The notes below the pieces were generated by a model, which was not told the DNA's origin, ran no database searches, and worked only from the letters and a program-made list of their open reading frames with translations. A stretch of DNA of 64,000 nucleotides, taken from NCBI GenBank assembly GCA_973895155.1, contig OZ316893.1, forward strand, positions 9,987,660 through 10,051,659, given 5' to 3'. Made by a program: the position numbers and the translations under genes. The stretch is from Marsupella aquatica (lineage: Eukaryota > Plantae > Marchantiophyta). The stretch's first letter is position 1. Every line of letters starts with the position of its first letter. Of this stretch, positions 60,550 to 64,000 are shown piece after piece.

Positions 60550-63224
60550 CTATGCTCTATGAGTCTCTACCGCTGACACACCAGGTAGCACATCATGGTC
60601 GTGGCTACCTGATCTGCCTCCATCGTCATGTGGATGAGGTGCAGAAGCAATCTCTGGTACTCCCCCACCTCCAGATGCGCCTGAACCATGGGAAGGCACT
60701 CCTTCCCCGACACAAGTGTGGAAAGAAGCCCCTCCAACACCACCACCACTACCCCCCTCAGGGCGAGACTCACCTCCACCACTATGGCCGGAACCTCCAG
60801 ACTGGATGCCTACACCACCACTATGAACAGGAGATGGTGTCGGCACATGACCACCAAGGCCTCCCCCGGACTGTCGCGAACCAGCTGGTACACTACCAGG
60901 GCCAGCCCTAAACTGACGAGGTGCAACAACTCCACCACTAGCCCCCTCAGGACGAGACTCACCTCCACCACTACGGCCGGAACCTCCAGACTGGATGCCT
61001 ACACCACCACTATGAACAGGAGATGGTGTGGGCACATGACCACCAAGGCCTCCCCCGGACTGTCGTGAACCAGCTGGTACACTACCAGGGCCAGCCCTAA
61101 ACTGACGAGGTGCAACAACTCCACCACTACCCCCCTCAGGGCGAGACTCACCTCCACCACTACGGCCGGAACCTCCTGACTGGCCAACGACATGACCAGT
61201 ATGAACACCAGCCCGTTGTCGAGACCCACCTGGTACAACACCAGGGCCAGTCCTCACTCGACCACCTGCTGTGGCTAGAACTCCAGACTCACTACGAACC
61301 CCTCGGTTGTGACCTACTGTGGCTGGAACCCGGGACTCACTCCGTCCACTCCTACCGGCTAATCTCTGACGAGAAGGAGGCATATCACCTGCTCTATGCT
61401 CCATCCGGCGAGTGGAGCCACCTACACCCTGACCAGACTGGTGACGTCCACTCTCTCGGGGTCCTGACCGGCCACGTGCACCAGTAGAACCTCGTACTGG
61501 AGCCTCGGCCACACTCCCCTCTGAAGCACTATCATCCTCCGCATCCTCTTCATCCTCCTCCCCCTCACCATCCTCCTCACTCTCCAAGTCCTCCTCACCC
61601 CCTGACTCATCCTGCACATAGTAACAATCTCCAATCCATATGTCATTCCGCAACATACGTACCAGCATGAAGCCATCTTTCAAATCATTCTAATATCCGC
61701 ACTTACCAAGGCCAACATGTCGTCCATGTGAATCTTTAGCGCCCGAGCACCATGCTCCTTTGCCAGCTCTCTCTCTGCCGGCAACAATGGTCGTCCGTGC
61801 TCTTTCTCCTACACACCCAAACCATATGCCACCCCCAATACTAAGGTCAATTATAGCAACCCTACCCTGGCCTAATTAAACACCTATATAAACCCTTCAC
61901 CATCAAAGCCCCATAAGAACACTTAGCCGTTCATGCACAAACTATTCAAAAATTTGAATATGTCCGATACTAATAGAATCGGTACCCTCGACAGTTCCGA
62001 TTCTTTTTTATTGTCCGATGCTGCATCCGATACTTAGAGGATCGGACTAGAATCGGACCTTACATGCCGAAAGCAAAAAAAACTAAGGCATGATCGAGCG
62101 ACCTACGGGCATACAAAGACCTGTCCCGGGTTTGGAAGGGTTAGGCATTCGACAATTGGCCTCAGGTGATTAGGGAGGAGGAATGCTGCTGAAGGAATGC
62201 ATGGAGAGGAGGGGAATGGAGCACTTACAAAATCGGCCTTGAGACGCTGTGATCCGCCTTGCCCCATTCTGTGAGTAACCTTTGGCCTCTTTGTTACTCT
62301 CAGCAGAGCTTTCATTAGCCAGGATGCTGGGTCTCCAAGCAGGGCTGATTTTGCTGACCATTCTTCAAGTTCTTGATGCATGGGTGCAGTATTCACCATC
62401 TCTCCTTGTTCAATCTTCTTCTGAGCTGCTTGAATTTCAGCTTCCCAGCGTTGTGTGGCTTGCCAAGCTCGAACCTGCAACTCTTCTTCAAGCCAGGCAC
62501 ACCAAGCATTCTCAGGAATCTCACCAGCTGGGCTTCCCCCTTTCCTGATCACCTCCTCATCCAGTTTGCATTCAGCCAGGTACTTTCGCATCTTCTCTCG
62601 TACATGATTTTGCATGTCTGCAAGTGAGACTGAGATCTTTTTGTTTAAGAATCGATCGTCCACAAACGACCCATTCAAAAATCTCTCTTTGATTTGCTCT
62701 CGAATTTGAAATCTCTCATCCTGCTTCTTCTTCCCCCAGTAGTCCATCGGGCCAAAATGAGACCTCACAATCTGCCTAACTTGACTCCCAAACAAACGAT
62801 AACTCCTGGAGAGTGGAGCACCTCCCTCATTCAGAAACAATTTTGGCCTCTTGGCCCTATCATCTGCCTTCTTTCGTTCCTCCTGAATTCTTTGTCGTTC
62901 TGCAGCCCAAGCCTCCCTCCTTAGGCTCTTCTCCTTTTGTCTTGGTGATAGGGCTTCCACTGGCCTCTCTCTCTCGTCCTCCCTAGTGTTACGTTTCCTC
63001 TTCCTCTGCAATCTCTCCTCCTCGAGTCTGGCTTGGAAAGCTTTTTCTGCATCAGTGATGGCTACCTTCTGGGAGCTGTCGATCAGTCCTTGAGTGAGCT
63101 GGGCTACCTGCAATGCAACCTCCGGTGAGAGCCCCACTTTCTCCCTAAACAATTGAGCCATGACTTCACCATAGCTGCTTGATGGCCCGGCACCATCTCC
63201 CATCCCTCCCGCATTCCCTTCCAT
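60550..63224 (-). CDS. CACTA TnpA/ORF2-like protein (Transposase_24-like) with acidic and Gly/Ser-rich tail; probably frameshifted
   Basis: A candidate intron ~62228-61809 joins HRMGQGGSQRLKADF|EKEHGRP, resembling the H..G..S...L..E.GRP motif of TnpA proteins. A frame change near 61690 is needed to reach ORF 60550-61683. Confidence 0.55.
60737..61170. repeat. 189-bp (63-codon) coding tandem repeat, ~2.3 copies
   Basis: A.CCCCCTCAGG.CGAGACTCACCTCC starts at 60751, 60940 and 61129; it encodes GGSGRSGGGESRPEGGSGGVVAPRQFRAGPG repeats. Confidence 0.9.
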
Positions 63225-64000
63225 CGCTACGAGCTCTGCAAAGGTATCGTGAAATGCTCCCGATGCTTTTCCCGACTAGAGTGCCTTCGCACTTTAGTCG
63301 GGTGACCTAAAAACCCAAAATGCATAACGTCCGATACTTTCTGCATCGGAAACTCCGATTCTAGGTCAATCGGACTTAGTATCGGACCCCTCCTCCAAAG
63401 TATCGGACTTAACCCTCCCAATGTATTTTCTGATGGTTTGTGAATCGCATGACCTTGGCATTTGGACTTTTGCATTTGGATCCCATGTATACTATAATGA
63501 CCCCCTTTATGTTAGTTGGGGGTTAATTATGCTATATTGTGGGCTTATTAGGTGTGCGGCGCAAAACGGGCATATCAACGTACAGTGGCCGTGACAAAGC
63601 TAGCACACTATTTTTTGGTGGGTATGGATGATCATTGAATGTATGTACCCAGATCTATTTTCAGTTTGATTTTAAATGATTCCCATTTTGACCATGAGGC
63701 AATGCTATATGCATGGTGCAACTTTTGGGGACTATAAGAAGTCACAAATTAAATTAACACTCTAGTGCCGTTTTGTGCAGTTTTGTATTTTTTGTTTTTG
63801 GAGGGTCGGGTCGTTGCTTTTCCTTGGTTTTCTTAGTAGGGTTTATTTTTGCCAATGAATTATGCACAGCGAGAGTACGCGCATCCAAAAGGTATGACAT
63901 ATATGATCCTCCAAAATGTATTGGAAATATTTGACATGATATATGCGTTACTTGTGGGAGTTTATAATTGGACATCCAACTCGTCATTGATTTTTATTAA

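Larger units (their letters stand above)
59698..64000. mobile_element. CACTA element end extending beyond the right edge
   Basis: CACTAGTACATTTT at 59698 is identical to the 39171 terminus. Dense TCCGAT/ATCGGA subterminal motifs occur at 59720-60130, and a TnpA-like gene lies inside. Confidence 0.8.

Overview
This 64-kb window is eukaryotic, land-plant-type DNA made almost entirely of nested transposons; no intact host gene was recognised. The plant assignment rests on Ty1/copia elements with a tRNA-iMet PBS, a Bianca-lineage copia, CACTA and hAT elements, an R2R3-MYB exon, an EDM2-type PHD module and TTTAGGG motifs. A non-seed plant is my guess only. The main find is an apparently young 9.7-kb cut-and-paste element (4755-14469) with perfect 15-bp TIRs and an 8-bp TSD, inserted in a CACTA TnpD gene. 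It encodes an intact two-exon ~1490-aa transposase with P-element-superfamily motifs but no THAP domain, a stand-alone EDM2-like multi-PHD chromatin-reader ORF, a second PHD-like piece and a captured MYB exon. A ~27.85-kb inversion (about 15065-42912) is inferred from reciprocal CACTA/Bianca junctions. Other contents: a full-length copia inserted next to the TIR of a hAT MITE, a decayed hAT, a non-autonomous CACTA nested in TnpD, a Sola1-like transposase, a decayed RING/kinase/SET cluster, telomere-motif tandem duplications and a CACTA end with a TnpA-like gene. All family assignments are by-eye motif recognition; no searches were run.
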